The translations under genes and the position numbers were made by a program. Below are positions 21,831 to 33,137 of a DNA stretch of 64,000 bases, piece by piece (position 1 is the first letter of the stretch; the number at the start of each line of letters is the position of its first letter). The stretch is from Diplonema japonicum (Eukaryota; Protista; Euglenozoa: Diplonemea): assembly GCA_964019335.1 (NCBI GenBank), contig OZ025660.1, positions 558,001 through 622,000 of the forward strand, written 5' to 3'. The notes beneath the pieces are model-generated. The model searched no databases. It was not told where the DNA came from and saw only the letters and a program-made list of their open reading frames with translations.

Positions 21831-24800
21831 CTAACAATAGGTCAGCACTGTGGGCTCGAACGTTCCAGCATGGAGGCGGAGGGTAAGCGCAGTATAAACA
21901 TTCTTCAGGTCCGCAGGAATGTTTTCATCGGTTAGAGCAGCGTGCGCTGTGAGCGCTTTGGCAAAATCACGCGCGAAAAGCGCCTTAGCAAACTCGTTCC
22001 AATAATCATGCCTGTTGATCATCTCCAGCTGGTACATCCACTCATTGTTCGTAACATTGTGCTTATGAGCAAGCTCATACACATGAATCAACCTCGATGC
22101 ACGCTTGTTGTACTCCACAACATCGATAATCCTAGTCATGATCGAGTCGGAAACAGTTTCTGCTAAGAAATCGTCTGTAACAGCACGAACACCTTTCTCC
22201 TTGGCAACTCTCTCCAAAGCGTATCCCCATGGTATGGCCACAGACATGAAAGTATGTTTTTTCATGGTAGTAGAGCCCATGTTCCCTGCCAGACCGTCGC
22301 CGGACACAACTGCGATGGAAGGAGGTTGTTTGAGCTTCCATGCTGTTTTCAGTTCCACAGCAGCTTCGCACGCTGAGAGCTTGTATCCTGTGATGGGCCT
22401 GACGGTGTTGAATCCTGCGTAGAATCGATCGCCTGAGAACGATTCCGTCACACCCCTGAACGCATTCACAATGTCCACAATTGTGTTGACCAAGTCTCCG
22501 TGTACTATTACTAGCTCGGCACCGTCCATTGCTTTTATGAAAGCATGCCAATCAACGACGTTGACCATCATGCATGCAGCACGACGTTTTGAAGCGGTCA
22601 ATGCCATGCGTTGCATCACATCTGCGCTGTGGATTTTGATGCTTTTCGTGGATAGCGTGCCTCCTATGTGGCTTTTCGACCCGCTCCTTGAACTCCTTGC
22701 TGTTATGACAGTGCTCTTCTCATCTTCCTCGTCGCCGCTTGTCACATGCAGCAAGACGCTCGCCGGCATGAAACTTCTAAACTCATTCAAGTTCCTCACC
22801 ATTGCTTGCATCGCTTTGTACATTACATTCATCTCCGTGATAATGCTTCTTGTGTACTGTACAGAAGTCAGCCGCATGAGGGAGGCTTCGTTCATCTGCA
22901 ACGCAAGAAGCGCAAACGGTGCGGTTAGGAAATCGTTGAAAACAAGGAAGCACAACACGCATATCAGCAAGATGGGCACCACGATGAACAGTGCCTCGCC
23001 CATCTTTTGGTCCAGTTTGGTTTGCGTGTTTTCCTGTTGCATCTCGAGCTTTGCTTTCGTCGCCGTGTTGCTCTCCTGCACGGTACGCAGCACATCGTCC
23101 TTCGGGATGAGAATCCCGACGCTGAACGTCATCCCGACGGTCCCCGGTGTCGTGAGCGTCCTGTAGTTGTACACCCATTCCTTTTTCGGAATCTCTTTCA
23201 CCAGCTTCCCTGTCTCGTACAGAGTGAGAGCCTCTGCTGCGGTCAACGAATTGTTGAAGAGCCTAATGTCGTCGATGCTGCCTTGGAAGAAGTGCCCGAA
23301 CCTGTACGGTTGGTAGAAGGGCCACGACACTGACGTGTACTGCGACACAGGCACCTCAGAGTACAATGTCCCGTTCACATAGATCCTGCAGACCTTTGTG
23401 TAGAGCTGGTCCACGGATGCTGACAAGTGAGTCCACACTCCAACAGGCGGCCCGCCGGGGATGACCTTTGTGATGCAGCCGTAATTCTCGACACCCAGGT
23501 AGAAGATACCGTTGGCGTACCACAACATGCGTGCGTCACCCTGCTCGGTGTCGGAGAAGATACGCGGAGAGTCCTTGTTCATGACCTTCTGATCGCTGAT
23601 AGGAACGTCGGGCTTTATCCACAAGGAGATGGTGGCGACCTCCACCACGAAAGGTTCCCTCATGACGGGGTTCCATAGGTCCGTCCCTGCATCGTAGACG
23701 GTGACGAGCTCCGAGCCGTCAGGCTCTGTACGCGTGGTGTTGTACAGCGGGAAGCTGCTTCTCCACGGCTGGCCAGAAGCACTAACTTGTGTTCCTTTCA
23801 CCCTGGGGGTGTCAACTGTCAGGTTGTTGTACATGTAAAATACGGTGTGCCCATCAAAGTGCAGGACCTTGTCCCTTGCAGGGTCGCTGTCCGTCACGAT
23901 GCAAGCGTCGCCGTCACACGCATTGCCGTCACGCACCTCCGACTTGAAGTTGTTCCCCGACGTGTCGCCAGAACCCGACTGGAAGGTGAACTCCGCTATC
24001 CACCACCCGGAGACATCCTTGTACCAAGCAGACTGATCGAACTCCCCGCTGCCCCTTCCGCTCTTCCCAACGAGGGAGCCGTTGTTGACAAACTTCAGAT
24101 GGTGTCCCATTGAGTTCAGTTCCAAACCGTACGTGTTATCAAGAGAGTAGCTTTCCCTAGCTGCATAGACCATGCCCGTCTGCTGGATGTACTGGTCGAT
24201 CTTACGGCTTGTGCCGTACGAAGAGGTCACCAGTACACCATCGTCTCTCACCACGAACACTGTCACGTTCTCAGCATCCGAGAAGCCCCGCACAAGGTTT
24301 GTCACCGCGTCGTTCAGAATACGCACAGATTTCGTAAGCTCCACGTTCCCAACAAGGTTCCCAGACACGTCAAAGATGGGTAGAAGACACACGACGGGGT
24401 GCAGCCATTCCCACTCTGCCCCTTGCCCTCCGTTCCCTTGGTAAGACACAAGACCGACGTAGGTGTATGTGCTGAAGGTCCACACTTTCGCGTAGTCCCC
24501 TCTGCTGTATCCCCCCACGTAGTCTTGCCAGCGGCCGATGAACTCTCCGATAGAGTTGAACGCGTCAAGGGTGCCTTTCTTAAAACTGCTGTACGAGACG
24601 GCGGCCATCCTACTGCTGCTGAACCAGTACCACTCATAAGCATAGAGGAACCCGTTGTTTGTGATTGAGACGTGCTGCTGCATGTCGTTTCGCACAGAGT
24701 CAGGCCGCGCGTCTGTCCGCGAATAATCGGATATGTGGAAGCCTGTCACCGTGCGGATCATGACACGCCATGAGAAGTGTACTTTGACAGCGTGGTAGCT

Positions 24801-26594
24801 AGGGAACATGGCTTCAAACGTGGCCCACGTGCCGTCTTGGTACGAGAATATGTCACGCAAGGACTTGCCCAACGTGATCGCTTCGCTGAAGAAGTCGTAG
24901 GTGGTGTCCCACGCCGCGTCAAGTACCGTCTCACGCCACCGGATGTTTAGGTCAGATACAACTTCCTCCGAGTTCACGAAGCTGTCGTTGATGGCAAAGT
25001 TCCCATCATCGATGGCTGTCTCTGTTGAGTCTTGCCCATTGGTATATGCGAGTATAAAAGACACCGTGGTCACAATGCTGAGCAGCGTGAGCGAAAGCGC
25101 TGCAGACGCCACACCAAGCGGCATGTGAAACCCATGGCTCCTAATCTCTTCGTGTTCTACAGTCTTGCGGAGCACTGTCTTCAGAAGAATGGCTGCCAGC
25201 ACAGTAATTATGAGAGCTATCATAGCGATCACAATGCCTGTGAACTCGAACTTTTTCGTATCCAGCGTGACCTTGTCTTCAACTATCACCACGGGCTCGG
25301 GTGTTATGGGGGCGGTGTAGGGAAGTGCTTGCCCCTTTCGGTACTCAGCAGGCACGTTAAAGACGTAACCCCCATCCGCGTAAGGCATTGTTTGAGCCAC
25401 AGACACGAAGTCGTCATACGACTTGGGGTCGGTGGCGTGCACGGAGATATTGAGAATGGTACTGGTCCCGGTGATGGACCACGCATTGGACCACGAGCCT
25501 GGCGTCAGTACAATTAAGGCTTTAACGCCGGCCTTCTGCGCCTCGATTACAGCTGCGTAGTACATGCACCTCGAAGGCGGCGGTATAAAGACAACCTTTC
25601 CACTGTGCCCGCTGTAGTCGGTGTACCAGCACCCGCCCCACGTGGACCCCGTGAGGTACACCATGTTAGAGGCCGTGTGGGGCATCGTGAATTCGGGAGA
25701 TGCCCACATGTGATTGATGGCACGCCTAGGGAGCAGTGTGTTGCCTCGTATACAGATGACCTTGCCGCCCACCGTGGCTTCGACAGGGCACCGTGTGCAG
25801 AGACGGTCCTCTTCGTTGGGCATGTGGCCGCACCCACCGTACTCGGTGGTCACGGCTCCAGCATAACTGCAATCATCCCACAAGTGTTCGTCAGGTTCCC
25901 GATCTTTGCATGTAAGTTGTACCTTACCTTTTACTTTTCCGCCATTGTCGAGGTGCTGGATGATGAAGTCTGTCCCTGCCTGAACGACACCGAAGGACAC
26001 AATGGGCACGTTGTGCGAGGAACCCTCCATCCCTGTCAGCTGATAGGGGAGGTAGTTACGCCCCGAGCCTTGCACCAGGAGCCCCACAGCAGCCCCTGCC
26101 GCAGCGATATTTCCGATTTTGTCTGAGAAGCCACACTGCCCTTGCTTGGCGATGACTATTTTGTTGGTGTAGTTCTTGTCTTGGAAGTGGCTCGTGTCGC
26201 AGGCGTATCTGGGTGCGGCCCAGTGATCGTTGCCAGGGGCGACGACCTCAAGCTCCTTGCCGTTGAGCTCGTGAGACAAGTCGAGATGCGCATCAGCTCT
26301 GAAGGGCTTGAAGTAAGTGTCCTGCAGGCAGAGCTTCATCGCGAACTCCTTGGGCTCAGTGATGACGAACTCCAAGGGGCAGTTTTGCAGGCAGTCGTCG
26401 TAGGCCTTCCAGCTGGTGGCGTTGCAGATATCATTCCTCTTCGAGGCCGGCCTGTTTCTGTCGAACCACGCGTTCCCGAAGGCGTTGTTGTCCCCTATGT
26501 TGTACACACAGTAGTCGACCAGAAAGTTGCAGTCGGGGTAGGCACCCAGCGCTTGGCTGCATAGAAACAGCCCTAACCATGCCCTGAAGGTCAT
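21831..26594 (-). CDS. Receptor-type protein: signal peptide, two PA domains, TM segments, LamG/ConA domain, degenerate adenylate/guanylate cyclase-like domain
   Basis: KIVIAKQGQCGFSDK..AGA and GKVVFI..C..AQKAGVKALIV (PA); TISLWIKP...WTHL...FQGSIDDIRLFN (LamG); FSGDRFYAGFN and GLAGNMGS (class III cyclase fold, metal-binding Asp apparently replaced). Confidence 0.82.
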   Translation of the reverse strand: MTFRAWLGLFLCSQALGAYPDCNFLVDYCVYNIGDNNAFGNAWFDRNRPASKRNDICNATSWKAYDDCLQNCPLEFVITEPKEFAMKLCLQDTYFKPFRADAHLDLSHELNGKELEVVAPGNDHWAAPRYACDTSHFQDKNYTNKIVIAKQGQCGFSDKIGNIAAAGAAVGLLVQGSGRNYLPYQLTGMEGSSHNVPIVSFGVVQAGTDFIIQHLDNGGKVKGKVQLTCKDREPDEHLWDDCSYAGAVTTEYGGCGHMPNEEDRLCTRCPVEATVGGKVICIRGNTLLPRRAINHMWASPEFTMPHTASNMVYLTGSTWGGCWYTDYSGHSGKVVFIPPPSRCMYYAAVIEAQKAGVKALIVLTPGSWSNAWSITGTSTILNISVHATDPKSYDDFVSVAQTMPYADGGYVFNVPAEYRKGQALPYTAPITPEPVVIVEDKVTLDTKKFEFTGIVIAMIALIITVLAAILLKTVLRKTVEHEEIRSHGFHMPLGVASAALSLTLLSIVTTVSFILAYTNGQDSTETAIDDGNFAINDSFVNSEEVVSDLNIRWRETVLDAAWDTTYDFFSEAITLGKSLRDIFSYQDGTWATFEAMFPSYHAVKVHFSWRVMIRTVTGFHISDYSRTDARPDSVRNDMQQHVSITNNGFLYAYEWYWFSSSRMAAVSYSSFKKGTLDAFNSIGEFIGRWQDYVGGYSRGDYAKVWTFSTYTYVGLVSYQGNGGQGAEWEWLHPVVCLLPIFDVSGNLVGNVELTKSVRILNDAVTNLVRGFSDAENVTVFVVRDDGVLVTSSYGTSRKIDQYIQQTGMVYAARESYSLDNTYGLELNSMGHHLKFVNNGSLVGKSGRGSGEFDQSAWYKDVSGWWIAEFTFQSGSGDTSGNNFKSEVRDGNACDGDACIVTDSDPARDKVLHFDGHTVFYMYNNLTVDTPRVKGTQVSASGQPWRSSFPLYNTTRTEPDGSELVTVYDAGTDLWNPVMREPFVVEVATISLWIKPDVPISDQKVMNKDSPRIFSDTEQGDARMLWYANGIFYLGVENYGCITKVIPGGPPVGVWTHLSASVDQLYTKVCRIYVNGTLYSEVPVSQYTSVSWPFYQPYRFGHFFQGSIDDIRLFNNSLTAAEALTLYETGKLVKEIPKKEWVYNYRTLTTPGTVGMTFSVGILIPKDDVLRTVQESNTATKAKLEMQQENTQTKLDQKMGEALFIVVPILLICVLCFLVFNDFLTAPFALLALQMNEASLMRLTSVQYTRSIITEMNVMYKAMQAMVRNLNEFRSFMPASVLLHVTSGDEEDEKSTVITARSSRSGSKSHIGGTLSTKSIKIHSADVMQRMALTASKRRAACMMVNVVDWHAFIKAMDGAELVIVHGDLVNTIVDIVNAFRGVTESFSGDRFYAGFNTVRPITGYKLSACEAAVELKTAWKLKQPPSIAVVSGDGLAGNMGSTTMKKHTFMSVAIPWGYALERVAKEKGVRAVTDDFLAETVSDSIMTRIIDVVEYNKRASRLIHVYELAHKHNVTNNEWMYQLEMINRHDYWNEFAKALFARDFAKALTAHAALTDENIPADLKNVYTALTLRLHAGTFEPTVLTYC

Positions 26595-26753
26595 CGGTGG
26601 AAATCCTGTAGGTGTCGTATTCCTTTTCTAATTCAATCAAAATAGATTAAAAAAAAAAAACTATTTTATCCGCCCCCGATCAATTTTAACAGAGAGGGGG
26701 TGGAGGGGAGGGGGGGTGGTGGTACGTTTCACTTATAAACATTTTTTTTTTTT

Positions 26754-27155
26754 TTATTCCCCGGTGAATTTTCTCTGCGGGCAGATCAGGCCACCCTCTC
26801 TTGTTTTTCCTTCGCAGCCACAGGTCGTAATTTCCTCCTGGCTCCTGTCATCGTCTGTGAGGGTGGTGCACGCGTCGTCCGTGTAGGCAATGGACTGCAC
26901 GGCACTGATTTGGTGGAGATCGTCTGTTGTGTCTTCCTCATTGTATGAGTGAATTGTGAACAGGAAATAAATCCCTTCAGGCATGGGTTCTTCCAAGCAA
27001 GAGTTGACGAAGGACCCAGGGACACATTTGTTAAGCGGGACCCCTACTTTGCAATCATTGTTGCACAACACCAGCGGTATGAACTCTTGCTCTGTCAGAC
27101 CAGCTGCCCCTGTGACATACAACACGCTCACCAAGAGAAACAGCAATCCTCGCAT
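26754..27155 (-). CDS. Small secreted Cys-rich protein
   Basis: Signal peptide and 8 Cys in 133 aa. Confidence 0.65.
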   Translation of the reverse strand: MRGLLFLLVSVLYVTGAAGLTEQEFIPLVLCNNDCKVGVPLNKCVPGSFVNSCLEEPMPEGIYFLFTIHSYNEEDTTDDLHQISAVQSIAYTDDACTTLTDDDRSQEEITTCGCEGKTREGGLICPQRKFTGE

Positions 27156-27447
27156 TTTTGAAAAAAGGGGTTAAGTAGAAAAAAAAAAAAAAAGAAAAAA
27201 AATAATTAAGAATCGCTGTAATACATCAGACGGTTTTTACACCTTGGCAAAACGAGAAGAAAAAAAAAAAAATACTTGAATAAAAAAATGAAACAATAGG
27301 GAACGGAGAGAAGGGGAGGAACGGAAGGGGGAATAAAAAAAATAAAATAAAGAGGTGTCTTTATTTTGTCCATTTTTTTTATTGTAAAAAAATTCAAAAA
27401 AAAAAAAAAAAAAAAAGGAGGAGAAATAGAAATTCAAATAAGAATTC

Positions 27448-27507
27448 TCACAGCTTAGACCCACCCTTGACTCTGCCCTTGATAGAGGACTTGACGTACT
27501 GTGTGAG

Positions 27508-27541
<34 letters not shown>

Positions 27542-27738
27542 TTGTCTAAGTAGTTTTCCGTATGCATCATGTTGAAGTCCTCGGATGCATCTTTTCCAGC
27601 GAACATAAGGATGGCCTCTTTGCCACCCGGATGCTCAGAAAGGAATTCAGTGAGGTCCAAGACGATGCCATTAATAATCACCCAGCAGTCTGATGCGGTG
27701 CTGTGCTTTGCAACGTCAGCAATAGTGTACTCTGTCAT
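27448..27738 (-). CDS. Soluble cytochrome b5 domain protein with C-terminal SKL
   Basis: DCWVII, EHPGG, GKDASEDF..MH heme motifs; in-frame 42-nt intron 27499-27540; ends GGSKL. Confidence 0.92.
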
Positions 27739-28641
27739 TTTCTCTTTTTTTTTTTTATTTTCTTCCTGGTTGTATTGGAGGGAGAACAAAAAAAAGAGGG
27801 GCAAAAAAAAAAAAATGGAATTTTTGACACGAAAAAATTAAAAGAACAAAAAAAATTCTTTTTTTTTTTGCTTTGTTTTCCCTTTTAGGATTTAGTTCTA
27901 AGGGGATTCGAAGGGAAGGGAAAAGGGGGGGTGAAATCTAGTTTTTTTTTAATTCGGCTGAGATACAATAGTTCTTTTTCTTTGGGGGGGGGGGTGGGGA
28001 GGTGCCACAGTTTCCCCCGAGAATAGGGGAAGGTGGAGGGGCAAAAAAACAAAAGAGAGGGAATAGATCTACATAAATGGGGCTTTGCTTGCAACACTAA
28101 GTGGCGTTAAGTGTGCAACGAAAAAAAAAAAGAAAAAAAAAAGAGAAAAAAAACAAACCCACAGGAACCAAGCGAAGAGGAAAACGGAAGTCGGGTAGAA
28201 AGAGAAAAAAAAAGAAAAAAAAAGAAGGGGAAAAAAAAGAAGGGGAAAAAAAAGCTCCACATTGACAACACAATATTTTTCTTCCCCTTTTCCTCTTCTC
28301 CCACACCACTCAGTTTTTTTTTCTCTCTCTGGGGTAAAACAAGGGATGGGGAGAAAAAAAAAAGTAAAAAGTAAATTGCAATGGGTGCACGCCAAATGCA
28401 TCCTTGAGTCATTCACATTTTTCTTTTTTTTTTTTTTAAACCTTTCAAGAAAAAGTGTTCTATTTTTCTTTTTCTTGCCCCCCCCCCCTTTTTTTTCTTC
28501 AGAAAAAAGAGAAAATGAGTGCCAGCGGAGAAGAAGCGGAAAATATTAAAAAAAAAGAAGAAAAATTTTAAAGAAAATTAAAAAAATCAAACAAACCACG
28601 GGGATTTGAGCTTTTTTCCTTACCCCCCCTTTTTTTTAAAA

Positions 28642-28728
28642 AAACTAGTTTGGCGCTCCATTTTGTTTGTGCGCACGAGCGGAATTTTACCTAATAAAAT
28701 AGCTCATTACGCTCCCATCAACTAGTTT
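28642..28728. mobile_element. Short dispersed element with inverted termini (MITE-like family A), copy 1
   Basis: AAACTAGTT...AACTAGTTT termini; internal GCTCCAT.TGTTTGTGCGCAC shared with 37587-37661. Confidence 0.5.
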
Positions 28729-29478
28729 TTAGTCTCGACAATAATATTGTTAAAACAAAAAAATTCTGGTCCTTGTTGTTTTTCGACTTACGGGTTGGCG
28801 GGGTGTATGGGGGATGGCAAAAAATGGGACAGGGGGGTATTTCAATTGGGAATCTATTAAACACAAAGAAGAAAAAAGAAAGATAGAAAAGAGCGAGGAA
28901 GCGAGGCGAGAGGAGAGTTTTTTCCCCCCCCCCATAAAAAGAGATAAAAATGACATTTATAACATTCACCAATTCAGTTTTCTTGTTAAACGTAAAAATA
29001 AAATTGGACAATCTGCACTCTCGAAGGGCCGTCAGAGGAAAAAAAAAAGAGCCGAATGGTGCGTAAATACTGTAAAGTGAAAAATACTGGACCGATAAAA
29101 AAATGATCCAGCACTTTTTTATTTTACAGTGACTTTTTTCCCTTTTTTTTCCCCGCTCTTAGTTTTTTATGTCATAATTTTTTTTTTGCTCCCTTTTCTT
29201 TTTTTTTTTTTTTTTCCTTTAAATTTCAAGAGAAAAAGAATAATATTATATATATATGATAAGAGGAGAGGGGGGATGGCATGGCCTAACACAAATGTTT
29301 TTTTTTTTTCTTTGTTCGGTAGATTTTTTTTTTCTTCTTTTTTTTTTCTCTCTTTTTTTTTTTAAATTTTCGTTCCCCTTCGCAATTGATCGATACTCGA
29401 TTTTTTTTTTTACCTCACTTTTTTTCCCCCCCCTCCCTCCAAAAAACACCATTTTATTGTAATTGTATATTTTCTTAC

Positions 29479-30206
29479 TCACAACCTCCACGGGCATGCA
29501 GTGGGAGGAAGCAAGGGACGCGGGGGCCTGTAAAAATACATATTTCTCCCCCCCCATGAAACATACCTGGGCCCACCCCGTTTCGGGTTCGTCAATCTGG
29601 ACCGATAAAGGCCAAAAACGGTGTTAGTGCTCTGCTGCTGAAGAGGTGCGGGCGACTGAGAAGCACCGGGGGAGAGAGAAAGCAGCTCTGGCAACGGGCT
29701 GTGCTTCCCTTGTGCTGGTGACGCGGCTATGAGTTCAGGAAGCTCAGGCAGAGTAAGGAAGTCAGATTCACTGGCAAGAATGAGATCATCATCATCGTCC
29801 TCATCATCTTGTTCAAGAGGCAAGTGCTCATGCCGTGGAGTCGTATCGCATTTGATAAGCTCAGGCATACGAGGGGGAGCCACAGGCGTCTCAGCAGACC
29901 CACAGAGAAGGCTGTCCATAAGCGAAATAGAAATGGGTGTGGAAGTCTTCTGCACACTGTAGCACATCACAGCCTGGCTGGGCCTCCCAGGAGTGCGTCG
30001 GAACTAATAAAAATAATATAAAAAAAAAAAAAAGTTAGGAGGGGGACACATACATCATTCAGCACCATACAGCCGGTGTTATCAGGAGACTCAGACGGCG
30101 ACAGCAACGGTGGAGGAGGTGTCTCTTCAGACCTCTTCTTCCCCTGCGGCGATGGGGAGCACGGTACAAGCTCGGGCATGGGCATGGCGGTCGTTGTAAA
30201 TCCCAT
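29479..30206 (-). CDS. Hypothetical low-complexity protein, 1 intron
   Basis: Intron 30004-30053 (GTATG...CTAAC...TAG) joins two ORFs in frame; repeated PEL motifs. Confidence 0.65.
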
Positions 30207-30307
30207 TTTTTTTTTTTCTCTCTTTTTTTTATTACTCGCTTTTCCAACGTAATAACCTTTGTTTGGATGAATGAATTGAGTTGTTTTTGCCCCCTTCTTT
30301 CTGGAGG

Positions 30308-30338
<31 letters not shown>

Positions 30339-30460
30339 GCGGGAAAAAATTCACTACTGACGGGGAGAACTTTTCACCACTCGCCCACTTTTTTTTTTCC
30401 TTCCCCCCGTTGTCTCGAACTCTTTTATTTCCCCCCGTTCGCTTGTAAAAGCAAATGGGG

Positions 30461-30546
30461 GAACAAAAACAAAAACAAAAACAAAAACAAAACAAAAACA
30501 AAAACAAAAACAAAAACAAAAACAAAAACAAAAACAAAAACAAAAA
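30461..30546. repeat. (AAAAAC)n microsatellite
   Basis: About 14 hexamer units. Confidence 0.93.
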
Positions 30547-30571
30547 AATATTAATAATACTAGATAAACAC

Positions 30572-32821
30572 CTACAATGCAAGATATTTGGCTCTGCGGC
30601 CTGGGTCGCGCATTGGCAATGGAGTAGGGTATGCAGGATCACAAGCAGGGGAAGTCTTCTTGAGTGGCACCACATGCATACCTACAAACAAGTATGCAGC
30701 ATTTCGAATCGCATTGAATTCTTCCACCGCTGTAGTGTAAAGGAGGTTGAGGAGGAGCGGGACCGGAATGCACCATATGTCACACCTGTCCAAAGCACGG
30801 ATTGTAGAGGGCCAGTGGTAACCATCAATGAAGGCCTCGGTCATCCCTAGATACCTTTCATTACGCAAAGGCACTTTGCTACCAACAGCCTCAAGGTTTG
30901 CGGTGAGACACAAAAACACGAAATCAACACTGTCGCCTGCCTCAACCAGCACCTCCTTAGGAGCAAGGATTAAGGGGTGCATCATTTTGTACAGTTTAGC
31001 CACATTGCTCAGTTCCAAGTTGCTGAAAACCTCGTGTGAAAGCCTGATCCCTGTCTTCGTGGGCTTCCACAGTTTTGCTTCACGAAGTGCAGTCAGTTTC
31101 GACATCAAACGTTTCACTCTGTTGGGGTCCCGAACTAGCACGTCGTAAAAAATATGTTTCCCCACCACCCACAGAGTGGAAGTCTCCATAGAACACGCAG
31201 TACATGCTCTTGGTTCTGGCCATACAAATGCATACTCGCCAAGCAACGCTCCCACAGGCAGGATCCCTAAGTACAATTCGTCAAATGGGATGGTGAAGTA
31301 TGAACCAGTATCCATCACCATGTGGATGCAAGTCTTCCTCCGCGACACAGGGTCCTCAGTTGAAAGAATTGCGGGCTGGTACTTCCTCCTTCGCAACAAC
31401 ACACTTCCCTGCTGCAAAAAAAATATCTCGCTTGCAAAATCGCCTTCTGTGATAATGACTTCGTTGTTCAGATAGATCCGTGGGCGCAGGGACTCTGCTA
31501 TCTCCGCGATCTCCTCCGGAAGCCACAGCGATGTGTCTTGGAACATTATGTGAGATGATTTTAGCGTTTCTGGTGTCACCTCTGTTGGGCGGTACGCAAG
31601 GAGGGTTTTGAACTTGTTGTGATACATTTTAACGTCAGGTTCCAGTCCGTTCAGAACGGATAGGAACTCTCGTCTTGTGATGACCCATAAGCACACATCT
31701 GTTGTGCATTCGGCGGAGAACATCCAGCTGCAGTCGCTGATCCATGCCCTCCATGACAGACAGTCGCCTGTTTCGCGTGTGTTGAAAACCTCGCCCACCT
31801 CCACTTTTTTTGATTTCGTCGCTGTTTTTTGCTCCATGGTCGCCAGCCTTAATGAACCCTTCGCCACCACTGCCATCCACAGTATGGGTTCCCTTTCAAA
31901 TGCAACGTGGTCTGATTTGTTGAAACAAAGCAGCTTGGCTTTGAAGCACAGTTGCTGCATTGCTTCCTCCGGCCATACTTTGAACACAGGGATTTCCGAG
32001 AGGTCCTGCGGGGACAGGGACCGCACGTCGACGGCTTTCATTCGCTGTTGCTGTTTTGCAGCGATGGTTTTCATGTGGCGGAGCTTCTGGAGAAGAGGAA
32101 CAAAGAGCTTGAGCATGATGCTTTCTGCGATGCGCCTGTCGCGGGACTGGCACATGAAGTTCGAGAAGGCTACGATGTTGACGAGTGTGTGCCATTGTGT
32201 CGTGCGCTCGAACAGTAGGTTCAGCGCCCGGTCGCGTTTGCTGGACTCGGCGGCCGTGATCTTCTTTTCGTGGATGTTGATGGTTTGCTCCAGTGTGACG
32301 TGCTGTGCCTTCTGCAGTTTTGTAAACCGCTCCCTCGCGTCCTCACGGCGTGTTGAGGTGCCCTCTCGTAACTGAGCCTTCCGCTGTTTTAACATCAACG
32401 ACATCCGCATGCGCCGCCTGTTCTCCCTTTCATCTAGCACATCCCGCACACGCTCTTTGTATTGTATAGAAAGGTACTCTTTTATGAAGCCCGCACGGGC
32501 TGAGATAGCAGTCGAAGGCGGAAGGTGCAGTGGCTTTTTTGTGTTTAAGGGTTCTAGTTGTGTGCCTCTTTGTGTGTTGTTTTGTAGGTCCCATGGTTTG
32601 TACAGTGCAGTGACGGCTAGTCCTTTGCCTCTGAAAGGCAGTTCTGTGTTCGTCTCGCATTTATATGGTTTTTTCTGCTTTCGCAGCTCTTTTACTATGT
32701 GCTGTCGCGGGCCGCCTGGTGTTGCCGTCAGGACGGACCATTTCTCCGGTACAGTCGGGAGCTGTTCCCGTTTGCCGATGAGTTCCAATAGAACCTCAAG
32801 GTCCTCTTCTTCTTCCTTCAT
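30572..32821 (-). CDS. Multi cyclic-nucleotide-binding (CNB) domain protein
   Basis: Three CNB-like repeats (e.g. VIITEGDFASEIFFLQQGSV...GALLGEYAF..PRACTA) after an N-terminal coiled coil. Confidence 0.85.
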   Translation of the reverse strand: MKEEEEDLEVLLELIGKREQLPTVPEKWSVLTATPGGPRQHIVKELRKQKKPYKCETNTELPFRGKGLAVTALYKPWDLQNNTQRGTQLEPLNTKKPLHLPPSTAISARAGFIKEYLSIQYKERVRDVLDERENRRRMRMSLMLKQRKAQLREGTSTRREDARERFTKLQKAQHVTLEQTINIHEKKITAAESSKRDRALNLLFERTTQWHTLVNIVAFSNFMCQSRDRRIAESIMLKLFVPLLQKLRHMKTIAAKQQQRMKAVDVRSLSPQDLSEIPVFKVWPEEAMQQLCFKAKLLCFNKSDHVAFEREPILWMAVVAKGSLRLATMEQKTATKSKKVEVGEVFNTRETGDCLSWRAWISDCSWMFSAECTTDVCLWVITRREFLSVLNGLEPDVKMYHNKFKTLLAYRPTEVTPETLKSSHIMFQDTSLWLPEEIAEIAESLRPRIYLNNEVIITEGDFASEIFFLQQGSVLLRRRKYQPAILSTEDPVSRRKTCIHMVMDTGSYFTIPFDELYLGILPVGALLGEYAFVWPEPRACTACSMETSTLWVVGKHIFYDVLVRDPNRVKRLMSKLTALREAKLWKPTKTGIRLSHEVFSNLELSNVAKLYKMMHPLILAPKEVLVEAGDSVDFVFLCLTANLEAVGSKVPLRNERYLGMTEAFIDGYHWPSTIRALDRCDIWCIPVPLLLNLLYTTAVEEFNAIRNAAYLFVGMHVVPLKKTSPACDPAYPTPLPMRDPGRRAKYLAL

Positions 32822-33137
32822 CTTTCGCCATGTACCCCTTTTTTTATTTTTATTTTTTTGCTACCTGAAATTTGCTTTGGCAGGAAATGTAAAAACGAAA
32901 AAAAAATGCGCGCGAAAACGGGCGAGGAGATCATAAAAAAATAAAAAAAAAAAATTATAATAAAAAAAAAAAAAAGGGAATTGGCCGTGTACGTTGCCTG
33001 GGTAAAAAAGTTTATAAACCCGTAAGCGCGTTGCCAAACGCCCCTCATTTTGTTTAGTTCGTTGGGAAAAATAAAAAAAAAACTCAAAGTACAGGACAAG
33101 CCCCCCGCTAGAGGGCCGCCCTATGGGTGGGGGGGGT

